A stretch of DNA of 59,090 nt from a bacterium. GTDB lineage: Bacteria > Ratteibacteria > UBA8468 > B48-G9 > DTJG01. Numbering within the stretch: the stretch's first letter is position 1; every line of letters starts with the position of its first letter. The DNA lies in NCBI GenBank assembly GCA_029552985.1, contig JAKPDB010000121.1, forward strand, positions 1 through 59,090, in the 5' to 3' direction. The translations under genes and the position numbers were made by a program. This document shows positions 37,146-46,165 of the stretch, piece by piece. The notes below the pieces were generated by a model. The model was not told the origin of the DNA, did not search any database, and saw only the letters and a program-made list of their open reading frames with translations.

Positions 37146-37895
37146 ATGAATAATCACATATCAGCAATAATCCTTGCAGCTGGCTACGGCAAACGACTCG
37201 GCGGAGAAAATCAAAAAACATTGACTCAGATACTCGGTAAACCCATTCTTGTTTACTTAATGTCTACAGTTAAACAGTGCAACCCGAAAAAAATTGTCGT
37301 AGTTGTTGGATTTCAAAAAGAAAAGGTAATGGAACAATTGAAAGGAGAACCTGTAATATTTGTTGAGCAAAAACAATTACTCGGTACAGGTCATGCAGTA
37401 ATGACAGCCGAAAATGTCCTTTCAGATTTCTGTGGAAATGTGATTGTTTTGTGTGGAGATGTACCTTTTCTTTCTTTTGAAACGATCAATAAACTAAAAG
37501 AGACGCATGAAAATACTCATGCTGATTGTACAATTCTTACTGCCATTGTTGACTCGCCATATGGATATGGCAGGATCGTAAGGGATGTGTCAAACAATAT
37601 AACAAAGATTGTTGAAGACATCAATGCTTCAGATGAAGAAAAGCAAATTAAAGAAATTAATGCCGGAGTTTATATCTTTAAAAATAAAATCCTCTTTGAA
37701 TCCCTGAAGAAAATAAAACCAAACCCTGTAAAAAATGAGTACTATCTTACTGATGTGATTGAAATTTTTATATCAGAAGGAAGAAAAGTTTCTACATGGA
37801 CAACACCATCTCCTGAAGAAACTATAGGAATTAACACTCCTGAAGATCTGGAGAAAGCCCTGCAATACATTTCAAGTTTAAGGAGAAAACAATGA
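37146..37895 (+). CDS. GlmU N-terminal (uridyltransferase) domain only
   Basis: ILAAGYGKRL, QLLGTGHAV, CGDVP, GYGRIVRD, EINAGVY, EYYLTD; ends at GINTPEDL with no beta-helix acetyltransferase domain. Confidence 0.85.
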   Translation: MNNHISAIILAAGYGKRLGGENQKTLTQILGKPILVYLMSTVKQCNPKKIVVVVGFQKEKVMEQLKGEPVIFVEQKQLLGTGHAVMTAENVLSDFCGNVIVLCGDVPFLSFETINKLKETHENTHADCTILTAIVDSPYGYGRIVRDVSNNITKIVEDINASDEEKQIKEINAGVYIFKNKILFESLKKIKPNPVKNEYYLTDVIEIFISEGRKVSTWTTPSPEETIGINTPEDLEKALQYISSLRRKQ

Positions 37896-38821
37896 ATAAC
37901 TGTCTGATTTTCACGGGAAATGCTAATAGACCTCTTGCAGAAAAAATATGTGAGTTTCTTGGAAAACCATTGGGACAAATGGAGGTTTCAAGATTTAATG
38001 ACGGTGAAATCTCAGTAAAAATAGAAGAAAACGCAAGGGGAAAGGATGTGTTTATCATCCAGCCAACCTGCGCTCCTGTCAACGAGAATCTCATGGAACT
38101 CTTGATTATTCTCGATGCCTTCCGCAGAGCATCTCCCCGTAGAATTACAGCAGTTGTACCATATTATGGCTATGCGCGACAGGACAGAAAAGACAGACCA
38201 AGGGTCCCAATAACAGCAAAACTGGTAGCAAATCTCCTTGTTGCCGCAGGTGCCCAGAGGATATTAACGATGGACCTTCATGCACCCCAAATTCAGGGCT
38301 TTTTCGATATTCCGGTTGACCATCTTTTTGCTGCTCCTGTGATTATTACCTACATCAGGAGCAAGAACCTAACCAATCCTATTGTCGTTGCGCCTGATGT
38401 TGGAAGTGTAAAAATGGCAAGGGCATTTGCAAAAAGAATCAATGCGCGACTGGCAATAGTGGATAAAAGAAGGGATAACCCTGATTCAGTTGAAGCAACC
38501 CATCTGATTGGTGATGTCTCCAACTGCGAAGCAATTATTGTTGACGACTTAATCTCAACGGGAAACACTGTTGTTGAAGCCACCAAAGTACTTCTTGAAA
38601 ACGGAGCGTCAAAGGTTTTTGTCAGTTGCACGCATCCAGTTCTTTCAGGAAATGCCATTACAAAACTCGCAAGCGCCGGAATCACAGAAATTATTGTAAC
38701 TGATACAATTCCTCATCAATCATTACCTGAGCCGTTTACTGTCCTTTCTGTGGCTGAATTACTTGGCGAAGCCATAAAGAGGATACATCAGGAAACATCA
38801 GTAAGTTCGCTTTTTATTTAA
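37892..38821 (+). CDS. prs: Ribose-phosphate pyrophosphokinase
   Basis: RFNDGE, PYYGYARQDRKD, DLHAPQIQGFFD, VAPDVG, IVDDLISTGNT. Confidence 0.97.
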   Translation: MNNCLIFTGNANRPLAEKICEFLGKPLGQMEVSRFNDGEISVKIEENARGKDVFIIQPTCAPVNENLMELLIILDAFRRASPRRITAVVPYYGYARQDRKDRPRVPITAKLVANLLVAAGAQRILTMDLHAPQIQGFFDIPVDHLFAAPVIITYIRSKNLTNPIVVAPDVGSVKMARAFAKRINARLAIVDKRRDNPDSVEATHLIGDVSNCEAIIVDDLISTGNTVVEATKVLLENGASKVFVSCTHPVLSGNAITKLASAGITEIIVTDTIPHQSLPEPFTVLSVAELLGEAIKRIHQETSVSSLFI

Positions 38822-38823
38822 CA

Positions 38824-38898
38824 TCATCCCATTGAGGGTTTTTTTCTGTGGTTGGCCCTTTTTGATCGCCACCTGAGTTTTCGTTTTTTTCTTCTCAT
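38824..38898 (-). CDS. 24-aa highly basic small protein, bL37-like candidate
   Basis: ATG AGA AGA AAA AAA CGA AAA CTC AGG TGG CGA TCA AAA AGG GCC AAC CAC AGA AAA AAA CCC TCA ATG GGA TGA = MRRKKRKLRWRSKRANHRKKPSMG; SD AGAGGA and a dedicated promoter. Confidence 0.7.
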   Translation of the reverse strand: MRRKKRKLRWRSKRANHRKKPSMG

Positions 38899-38937
38899 CT
38901 TTTCCTCTTGTTAACGAAGTTAGATACTGTGGCATAT

Positions 38938-38966
38938 AGTATACAGTCAGTGCTACCATCAGTCAA
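38938..38966 (-). promoter_or_regulatory. Near-consensus sigma70 promoter of the 24-aa ORF
   Basis: TTGACT-17 nt-TATACT on the minus strand, about 40 nt upstream of ATG 38898; no other minus-strand gene lies downstream to explain it. Confidence 0.7.
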
Positions 38967-39040
38967 TTTCAAAAATTCTCAATTTCAGGTTATAATGCTT
39001 GTAAAATAAGAGATCTTGTAAATCATAAAAGGAGGAAAGA

Positions 39041-40009
39041 TTGAAATATCTAATCACAGGAGGTGCTGGATTTATTGGTTCCCATCTTGTTGACGCACTT
39101 CTTTCTGATCCAACCTCTGATGTTACTGTTATTGACGACCTTTCCACTGGTTCCATTGAAAACATCAGGCACCATTTGAAAAACCAAAACTTTCATCTGT
39201 TTATTGATAGTATTCTGAATCGTTATATCGTTGAACAACTGTGTATGCAGGTAGACTTTATTTTTCACCTTGCGGCTTCAGTGGGAGTGAAAACGGTTCT
39301 TGAAAAACCACTTGAATCAATTGAAATAAACATTGAAGGAACAAGAAATGTCTTCAATGCAGCAGCAAAATATAAAAAACCAGTTCTTTTCACATCAACC
39401 TCTGAGATATACGGCAAGAATGAAAAAGTCCCGTTTACTGAAGAGGATGATATCATTATTGGCAGCCCCTCAAAAAAAAGATGGGGATATGCCTGCAGTA
39501 AAGCACTGGACGAATTCCTGGCACTTGCATATGCAGAAGAGAAAAATCTGATGGTTATAATAGTAAGGTTATTTAATACAGTGGGGCCCAGACAGACAGA
39601 AAAATACGGGATGGTACTTCCAAGGTTTATAAAACAGGCGCTTTCGAACCAGCCAATCACGATATTCGGTGATGGTACCCAAACAAGATGTTTCACGCAT
39701 GTAAAAGATTCTGTTACAGCACTTATTAAGCTTTCAACTCTTGCTCAGGCACACCGACAGATTGTTAATGTGGGCAGTACTGAAGAAATTTCAATTCTTC
39801 AACTTGCACAACTGGTAAAAAGAGCCACAAAAAGTAATTCTGAAATTGTTTTTATAAAACCTGAAACGATATATCGAAGTGGTTTTGAAGATATGACAAG
39901 AAGAGTACCTGACATTTCAAAATTAAAAAGTTTAACAGGCTTTTCGCCTTCCATGCCAATTGAACAAATCGTAAAAGACACTGTTGATTTTTATTCAACC
40001 TGCAAATGA
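39041..40009 (+). CDS. NAD-dependent epimerase/dehydratase (nucleotide-sugar)
   Basis: LITGGAGFIGSHL, FHLAA, STSEIYG, YACSK, RLFNTVGPRQ. Confidence 0.92.
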   Translation: MKYLITGGAGFIGSHLVDALLSDPTSDVTVIDDLSTGSIENIRHHLKNQNFHLFIDSILNRYIVEQLCMQVDFIFHLAASVGVKTVLEKPLESIEINIEGTRNVFNAAAKYKKPVLFTSTSEIYGKNEKVPFTEEDDIIIGSPSKKRWGYACSKALDEFLALAYAEEKNLMVIIVRLFNTVGPRQTEKYGMVLPRFIKQALSNQPITIFGDGTQTRCFTHVKDSVTALIKLSTLAQAHRQIVNVGSTEEISILQLAQLVKRATKSNSEIVFIKPETIYRSGFEDMTRRVPDISKLKSLTGFSPSMPIEQIVKDTVDFYSTCK

Positions 40010-41538
40010 AATATAGAAAAATTATTCTATCAATAATACTTATCGCTGGCTTTGCTATACGTCTTTGCGCCCTGATTCAGTTGTCTTCAACATCTTTTTT
40101 CAATCCTGCGTTGATGGATAAACACGACCAAAAAACATTTCATCTATGGGCACAATCCATTTTGAAGCATCCTGTTTATGTTAATGGCGATGCATTCTAT
40201 ATGGCACCACTCTATGCGTATTTCCTTGCACTTTTGTACGCTGTGTCAGGTGGAAGCATTTTCTTTGCCGGTCTTATTCAGGCAATTGTTGATACTGTGG
40301 CAATTTATCTCTTGTATAGAATAGGAAGAACAATCAAGGACGAATATACTGGCATTATTGCCGCAGGACTCTATGCGTTTTACCAAACAGTTGTTCTTTA
40401 CTCTGTCACCATTTTGAGCGATGGGCTCATTACATTTTTAAACATCCTCTTCATCTTTTCACTTTACAAAGCACTTGAAAATAAAAATCGCCTGTCATGG
40501 ATTCTATGTGGTATTGTTTTTGGGCTTGCTGCTCTTGCAAAACCAACAATTCTTGCTTTTGTTCCTTTCATCATTGCAGGACTATTGCTCTGGCCTGATA
40601 ACACTATGGTTTACCCGTTAAAAACAAATAAAAAATCTTTTCAGATTGCTATGGTACTGCTTCTTGCGGGACTGGCATGCGCCTTAACAATACTTCCTGT
40701 ATCTTTGAGAAATCTCACAGTCAGCAACAGATTTGTCCTGATTTGCACCAATGGACCTATTAACTGGCAGATAGGAAACAGTTCAGATTCCACTGGACTT
40801 TTCTGTTATCCTGCCGGGCATCTTTTGTCTCCTGTAAGTATTGATTTCTGGAAATTGCTTCTCAAAAAAATGTTTCTTTTCTTTGACAGTTATGAATGGC
40901 CGCAGAATTTGAGTATATACATCGCAAAACAGCTGATACCGGCACTAAAATTTGCATTTGTAAGATTTGGATTGATTGTCCCACTCGGTGTCGTGGGCCT
41001 TTTTCTTGCAGCAAGAAAGAGAAAAAACTTTCTTTTTGTTTCATTTACAATCGTTCAGATTATGTGGGTGATTATGTTTTTCATTACGGAACGATACAGA
41101 TTTCCTGCTGTTGCCTGCCTGACTGTTTGCGCAGGTTTTCTGGTCACCCAGACAATCGATGAAATAAAAACAAAAAAAATTGTATTGCCTTTTGTCAGGA
41201 TTGCCATCGCAGGACTGTGGGGATACATATTCGCCTGGACACCCGGGCAGGTGTTTAATGATATGTACTGGAAAATATTCGCAAAACTCAGCAAAACAAA
41301 CATCGTTTATAACCTGCAGACAGGAAATAATCAACTGGCTGAAAAGATAGCTACAGATTACAAAAAACTTTTGCCTCAGGACCCTGACAGTCACTTTTTC
41401 CTCGCCTGTGTGTATGCTCAGAAGGGAAAGATGGATGAGGCAGAACGAGAATTGATAAGTACTCTGGAACTTGAGCCAGAACATAGACTTGCAAAAAGAT
41501 TTCTTGAGGAAATCAGAAAAAATGCCCATCCTCATTGA
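40006..41538 (+). CDS. GT39/ArnT-like membrane glycosyltransferase with C-terminal TPR
   Basis: Polytopic; N-terminal D..TFHLWA, APLYAYFLA, ERYRFP; C-terminal TPR-like helices. Confidence 0.75.
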   Translation: MKYRKIILSIILIAGFAIRLCALIQLSSTSFFNPALMDKHDQKTFHLWAQSILKHPVYVNGDAFYMAPLYAYFLALLYAVSGGSIFFAGLIQAIVDTVAIYLLYRIGRTIKDEYTGIIAAGLYAFYQTVVLYSVTILSDGLITFLNILFIFSLYKALENKNRLSWILCGIVFGLAALAKPTILAFVPFIIAGLLLWPDNTMVYPLKTNKKSFQIAMVLLLAGLACALTILPVSLRNLTVSNRFVLICTNGPINWQIGNSSDSTGLFCYPAGHLLSPVSIDFWKLLLKKMFLFFDSYEWPQNLSIYIAKQLIPALKFAFVRFGLIVPLGVVGLFLAARKRKNFLFVSFTIVQIMWVIMFFITERYRFPAVACLTVCAGFLVTQTIDEIKTKKIVLPFVRIAIAGLWGYIFAWTPGQVFNDMYWKIFAKLSKTNIVYNLQTGNNQLAEKIATDYKKLLPQDPDSHFFLACVYAQKGKMDEAERELISTLELEPEHRLAKRFLEEIRKNAHPH

Positions 41539-41602
41539 TGTCATAAAATGATGGGGTATAATATTTTATTTGAAAAAATTTATAACTGAAAGGGAGAAAA
41601 CA

Positions 41603-42751
41603 ATGGAGTGGACAAATTCTTTTATTTTTACATCAAGGGAACCACCAGCAGATGCAGAAACAATAAGTCAAAAATTGATGCATCAGGCAGGAATGATTGA
41701 TAAACTGGTATCTGGCGTCTATTCATATCTTCCCCTTGGATTAAGAGTATTACAGAAGGTTTCAAACATTATAAGAGAGGAAATGAATAACGCAGGCGCT
41801 GTTGAAATACTGATGCCTGCATTGCAACCATCATCATTGTGGAAAGAATCAAAAAGATTCGGGAAAATGGGCAAGGATATGATTGTTTTCAAAGATAGAC
41901 ATAACAGAGAAATGTTACTGGGACCAACCCATGAAGAGGTTGTTTCTGATATTGTAAGAAAATATGTAAGAAGTTGGAAGAACCTTCCTGTGATGCTTTA
42001 TCAGATACAAACGAAATACCGCGATGAAATCAGGCCAAGATTTGGAATCATACGGTCCAGAGAATTCCTGATGAAAGATTGCTACAGTTTCGACAGAACA
42101 GAACAGGAATCTGAACAATCATACCTAAAAATGAGACAGGCATACCTGAGAATTTTTAGCAGATGTTCATTGTCTGTCACGGTGCAAGCAGCAGATTCTG
42201 GGGTCATCGGCGGGAAATTCTCTGAAGAATTTGTCGCTGCTGGAGATTGTGCAGAACTTGAAATAGGCCATATTTTTAAACTTGGCACTGATTACAGTGA
42301 AAAACTCCATGTGGTTTATATGGATAAAGATGGCATTGAAAAACCAGTGGTCATGGGATGCTATGGCATCGGAGTCAGCAGAATCGTCGCTGCCATCATT
42401 GAGGGCAGTTACGATGACAGAGGTATTATCTGGCCTGTTTCAGTGGCGCCATTCCATGCAATTATCGTTCCTGTAAACATGTCAGATAGTCGCGCTGTTG
42501 AAACTGCAGATAAAATTCATAAGGAACTGGAATCTTCAAATATCGAGGTACTTTTTGACAACAGGGAAGAATCCGCAGGTGTTAAATTTGCAGACGCAGA
42601 CCTTATTGGCATACCTTACAGAATTACGCTCGGCAGAAAACTTGTTGATGGAAAAATAGAGATTATGGAAAGAAAAACCAAAAAAATATACGATGTTGAA
42701 GTTGAAAAGGCTAAAGAATTTATGCTATCTGCTATAAAAGAATCAACATGA
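41603..42751 (+). CDS. proS: Proline--tRNA ligase, bacterial type without the INS editing domain
   Basis: YLPLGLRV, LGPTHEE, QTKYRDEIRPRFG..RSREFLMKD, EIGHIFKLG, MGCYGIGVSR, GVKFADADLIG; start ATG 41603 after AGGGAG. Confidence 0.95.
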   Translation: MEWTNSFIFTSREPPADAETISQKLMHQAGMIDKLVSGVYSYLPLGLRVLQKVSNIIREEMNNAGAVEILMPALQPSSLWKESKRFGKMGKDMIVFKDRHNREMLLGPTHEEVVSDIVRKYVRSWKNLPVMLYQIQTKYRDEIRPRFGIIRSREFLMKDCYSFDRTEQESEQSYLKMRQAYLRIFSRCSLSVTVQAADSGVIGGKFSEEFVAAGDCAELEIGHIFKLGTDYSEKLHVVYMDKDGIEKPVVMGCYGIGVSRIVAAIIEGSYDDRGIIWPVSVAPFHAIIVPVNMSDSRAVETADKIHKELESSNIEVLFDNREESAGVKFADADLIGIPYRITLGRKLVDGKIEIMERKTKKIYDVEVEKAKEFMLSAIKEST

Positions 42752-43461
42752 ATATTCTTACAAGTATTCTCAAAAATGGTTTCTCATTCAACAGAGACAG
42801 GATGAAACTTTTTCTTGTTGTATTTTGTTCAACTATTGTCCTGATGCAAGTCATCGAATATATATTTAAAGAGCAACAAAACCAGTTGCTCTGGCTTATG
42901 GTTGTTCTTTTTATAGAAAATTTTCTGACTTGCGGAGTTTATGGTTCTCTTAAAAATATTTTGCTCGAGAAGACCCTGACAGCAAAAATGTTTTTGATAA
43001 ACGGCTTGAAATTTTTTACCCGCTTTCTTTTGATAAAACTGCTGTTTGTGGTTTTTATTGGTTTCATTACAGGATTGCTGATGCTTGTTGCTCAAGCCAC
43101 AGGCAAATTTTCAATACCTATGACTGCAGGAATTGTCCTGCTATGGATTGTCTGGCTTGCTTTTCCATCATATTATTTTGTTCTATCTCTTTTTGCTCCA
43201 ATAATAATGTTCAGTCAGGACAGTTCTGTTCTGGAATCAATCAAAGCAAGCATCTTTTTCAGCAAAAAGGCTCTTGAGCAGATTATTGTTATTGCTTTTC
43301 TTTATTTCTGCTCTGTGTTAGTTTTTGTTTATTTACCAGAAAAAATGTATAATTTATCATCTGTTGCATGGCTTGTTTTAAAGGGAATTTTTGTCAGTAT
43401 TTTTGAAATTGGCTTTATAAACAGTTTTCTTTTGTTATACGAAAAAGGAGATGCCACATGA
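42748..43461 (+). CDS. Hypothetical multi-pass membrane protein
   Basis: About 6 hydrophobic segments; 4-nt overlaps with both proS and the next gene. Confidence 0.65.
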   Translation: MNILTSILKNGFSFNRDRMKLFLVVFCSTIVLMQVIEYIFKEQQNQLLWLMVVLFIENFLTCGVYGSLKNILLEKTLTAKMFLINGLKFFTRFLLIKLLFVVFIGFITGLLMLVAQATGKFSIPMTAGIVLLWIVWLAFPSYYFVLSLFAPIIMFSQDSSVLESIKASIFFSKKALEQIIVIAFLYFCSVLVFVYLPEKMYNLSSVAWLVLKGIFVSIFEIGFINSFLLLYEKGDAT

Positions 43462-44039
43462 AAGAGATGTTTGAAATTCGCTGGCATGGTCGTGGCGGAC
43501 AGGGCGCAAAAACCGCAGCGCTTCTTTTCGGAGACGCTGCCTGTTCCACAGGTAAATACATTCAAGCATTTCCTGAATATGGACCCGAAAGAATGGGTGC
43601 ACCTGTCGTGTCCTTCAATAGAATCAGTTCAAAACCCATCAGAACCCATGGACCCATTTTGAACCCTGATGTAGTTGTTGTACTTGATGTATCACTCGTT
43701 GAACAGGTGGATGTAACAGCGGGCCTGGATAATGAAAAGGGCATTATCCTTCTGAATTCTTCAAAGGAACCAGCAGAATTTGCTGAAAAACTAAAATTCA
43801 CAGGTCGCATCTGCACAGTGGATGCATCAAGAATATCCATTGAAACCATTGGAAGGGAAATCCCGAATACACCAATGATGGGTGCTCTCATCAGGGTCAC
43901 TGGAATGCTTGACATCAAAGAAGTAATTCAAGATATTAAACATAAACTTGAAGCCAAGTTCAGAAACAGGCCAGAGATCATTGAAGGAAATATCAAAGCA
44001 ATTGAAATGGCATATAACCAGGTAAAAATGTCAAACTGA
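43458..44039 (+). CDS. porC: Pyruvate/2-oxoacid:ferredoxin oxidoreductase gamma subunit
   Basis: EIRWHGRGGQGAKTAA, QAFPEYGPERMGAP, PNTPMMGA. Confidence 0.92.
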   Translation: MKEMFEIRWHGRGGQGAKTAALLFGDAACSTGKYIQAFPEYGPERMGAPVVSFNRISSKPIRTHGPILNPDVVVVLDVSLVEQVDVTAGLDNEKGIILLNSSKEPAEFAEKLKFTGRICTVDASRISIETIGREIPNTPMMGALIRVTGMLDIKEVIQDIKHKLEAKFRNRPEIIEGNIKAIEMAYNQVKMSN

Positions 44040-44048
44040 CGGAGGTGA

Positions 44049-44336
44049 TTGGTGGAAGAAAAAAAATTATCCTGGAAACAATTACCAGAAGGCGACGTTC
44101 TGGAAGCAGGCACATCAAGAAATTTTAAAACTGGCAACTGGAGAAGTGTAAGACCGATTCATATTCCAGAAAGGTGCATTCACTGTCTTATTTGCTGGGT
44201 TTATTGTCCGGATTCTGCTATCAAAACACAGGATGGGAAATTTTTAGAATTTGACTACGATTATTGCAAGGGTTGTGGAATCTGCGCACACGAATGTCCA
44301 AAAGATGCCATATCAATGGAGCCAGAGAAAAAATGA
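44049..44336 (+). CDS. porD: Pyruvate/2-oxoacid:ferredoxin oxidoreductase delta subunit (2x4Fe-4S)
   Basis: KTGNWR..RP, CIHCLICWVYC, DYDYCKGCGICAHECP. Confidence 0.92.
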   Translation: MVEEKKLSWKQLPEGDVLEAGTSRNFKTGNWRSVRPIHIPERCIHCLICWVYCPDSAIKTQDGKFLEFDYDYCKGCGICAHECPKDAISMEPEKK

Positions 44337-44611
44337 AGAAAACAAAATTATTGTTTTGGGCTATTGGGATTTTAGTTCTATCGGGCTGGGTAGCATTTAT
44401 TGGTGAATATGCCTATTCCAAAAAGAAAATAGCAGAACTTCAAACTCGTATTGAACAGTTGGATTCTCAGATTAAATCAATTGGTGGCATTTCAAAAAAT
44501 ATAGACCAGACCATTGCTGAAGTTGACAGGATGATTGATGAATTTGAAAAGCTTAAGACAAGCCTTCAGCAGACCCGTAACAAAATTGAAAAGGTCAGTA
44601 AAACGGACTGA
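44333..44611 (+). CDS. Hypothetical membrane-anchored coiled-coil protein
   Basis: Starts at the ATGA overlap with porD; one N-terminal TM helix followed by heptad repeats. Confidence 0.65.
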   Translation: MKKTKLLFWAIGILVLSGWVAFIGEYAYSKKKIAELQTRIEQLDSQIKSIGGISKNIDQTIAEVDRMIDEFEKLKTSLQQTRNKIEKVSKTD

Positions 44612-44612
44612 T

Positions 44613-45473
44613 TCATAAGTTTTTCCTGATTTCATTGATAGCCACCGCACCATCCCTGACAGCAGATACAATTTGTTTCAAGGAACCAGACCTGATATCT
44701 CCACAAGCATAAATTCCATCAACTGAACTTTTAAGATTGCTGTCTGTTTTTATGTAACCCGATTGGTCCAGTGCCACTTCTGGTGGAAGAAATTCAAAAG
44801 AGGGCTTGAACCCAGCAAATATAAAAATTCCATCGATTTCAATGGTCGTTATTCCTTTTTCTGTCTGAACTATAATACCTTTCACAATACGTTCACCAGT
44901 AATCTCAACTGGTACCCCATTAACAATATTTACACCTTCTAAATCCTGTGATTGACTTTGAGGTTTCTTGATCCATGTTACAGATGCGAGTCCTTTCAGG
45001 TAGTTGATTTCAGAAATCACATGTTTTCCTTCGCCAACAACAGCAACTCTCTTATTTTTAAAAAATGCACCATCGCAGATTGCACAATATGACACACCTT
45101 TACCCAGAAAAGTTTCTTCCCCCTTGATCCCGAGTTTCTTAGGAACAGAACCAGAAGCGACAATAATGTGTTTGGCTTCATAAAAGTTGCTGGAAGAAAA
45201 CACCCTGAAACCTTCTTGAACTTTTTCTATCCTGTCAACATTTTGAAAAACAAAATTTACATTAAGCGCCGTCGCCTGTCTGTAAAATCTCTCAGCAAGA
45301 TCAGAACCCGCTATACCATCTGGAAACCCTGGATAATTTTCGATTTTTTCAATCCATGCCAATTTTCCACCAGGATACATTTTTTCAATCACCACAAAAG
45401 ACATATTTGCCCTCGCAGCATATATACCTGCAGCAATACCAGATGGTCCACCTCCAACAATAATCACATCCAT
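44613..45473 (-). CDS. trxB: Thioredoxin-disulfide reductase
   Basis: IIVGGGPSG, ENYPGF, GVSYCAICDG (CxxC), GIYACGD, QIVSAV. Confidence 0.9.
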   Translation of the reverse strand: MDVIIVGGGPSGIAAGIYAARANMSFVVIEKMYPGGKLAWIEKIENYPGFPDGIAGSDLAERFYRQATALNVNFVFQNVDRIEKVQEGFRVFSSSNFYEAKHIIVASGSVPKKLGIKGEETFLGKGVSYCAICDGAFFKNKRVAVVGEGKHVISEINYLKGLASVTWIKKPQSQSQDLEGVNIVNGVPVEITGERIVKGIIVQTEKGITTIEIDGIFIFAGFKPSFEFLPPEVALDQSGYIKTDSNLKSSVDGIYACGDIRSGSLKQIVSAVRDGAVAINEIRKNL

Positions 45474-46165
45474 GTCTTCCCCCTGGAAAGGAGATAAAAT
45501 GCAAAAAGAAGCAAAATACTACCAGCGAAAATTTTTATCTTCCGTGAATGAACAATCATAAATCTCTGAAATTTTTTCATCGCTGAAAAAAATACAGCAA
45601 AAATAATCATAGGCACAGATAAACCAAGGGAGTATAACAATAAAAGCAGTATGCCCTTTGCAACTGTTTCCTGTGTGGCAGCCATTGTGAGTATCGCTCC
45701 AAGTATTGGTCCCACACAGGGAGTCCACGAAACTCCAAGTACAGCGCCAAAAATGATCGCACTTAAACCTGTAGGTTTTCTCTTGAACTCAGGAGAAAAA
45801 AAACCCTTGTGAAATGAAAAAATGTGTGTCAACTCAAGCGTTTCAAGAGCAAAAACAAGCATGATAATTCCTGCCAATAATCTAAAAAAACTCATGTGAG
45901 AGGAAAAAAATTTTCCTATGCCTGTCGCAGTCGCTCCCAGAGTGATAAAAACGATGGTAAATCCGCAGCACATCAGTATCACAGAACGAACAAGATGTCC
46001 TTTGCCTTTTTCAAGTTCGTGCACTGATGAACCAAGAATAAAAGAAAAATAAGCAGGTATCAGTGGCACCACACAGGGAGAAAAAAAAGAAACAATCCCA
46101 GCAAGAAAACTCACTCCGCTCCAGGCATACCAGGAAAGACTTATGTTTCCAATGACATCAGTCAT
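45464..46165 (-). CDS. ccdA: CcdA/DsbD-beta family disulfide transporter
   Basis: SFFSPCVVPLIP and WTPCVGPILG cysteine motifs. Confidence 0.9.
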   Translation of the reverse strand: MTDVIGNISLSWYAWSGVSFLAGIVSFFSPCVVPLIPAYFSFILGSSVHELEKGKGHLVRSVILMCCGFTIVFITLGATATGIGKFFSSHMSFFRLLAGIIMLVFALETLELTHIFSFHKGFFSPEFKRKPTGLSAIIFGAVLGVSWTPCVGPILGAILTMAATQETVAKGILLLLLYSLGLSVPMIIFAVFFSAMKKFQRFMIVHSRKIKIFAGSILLLFAFYLLSRGKTWM

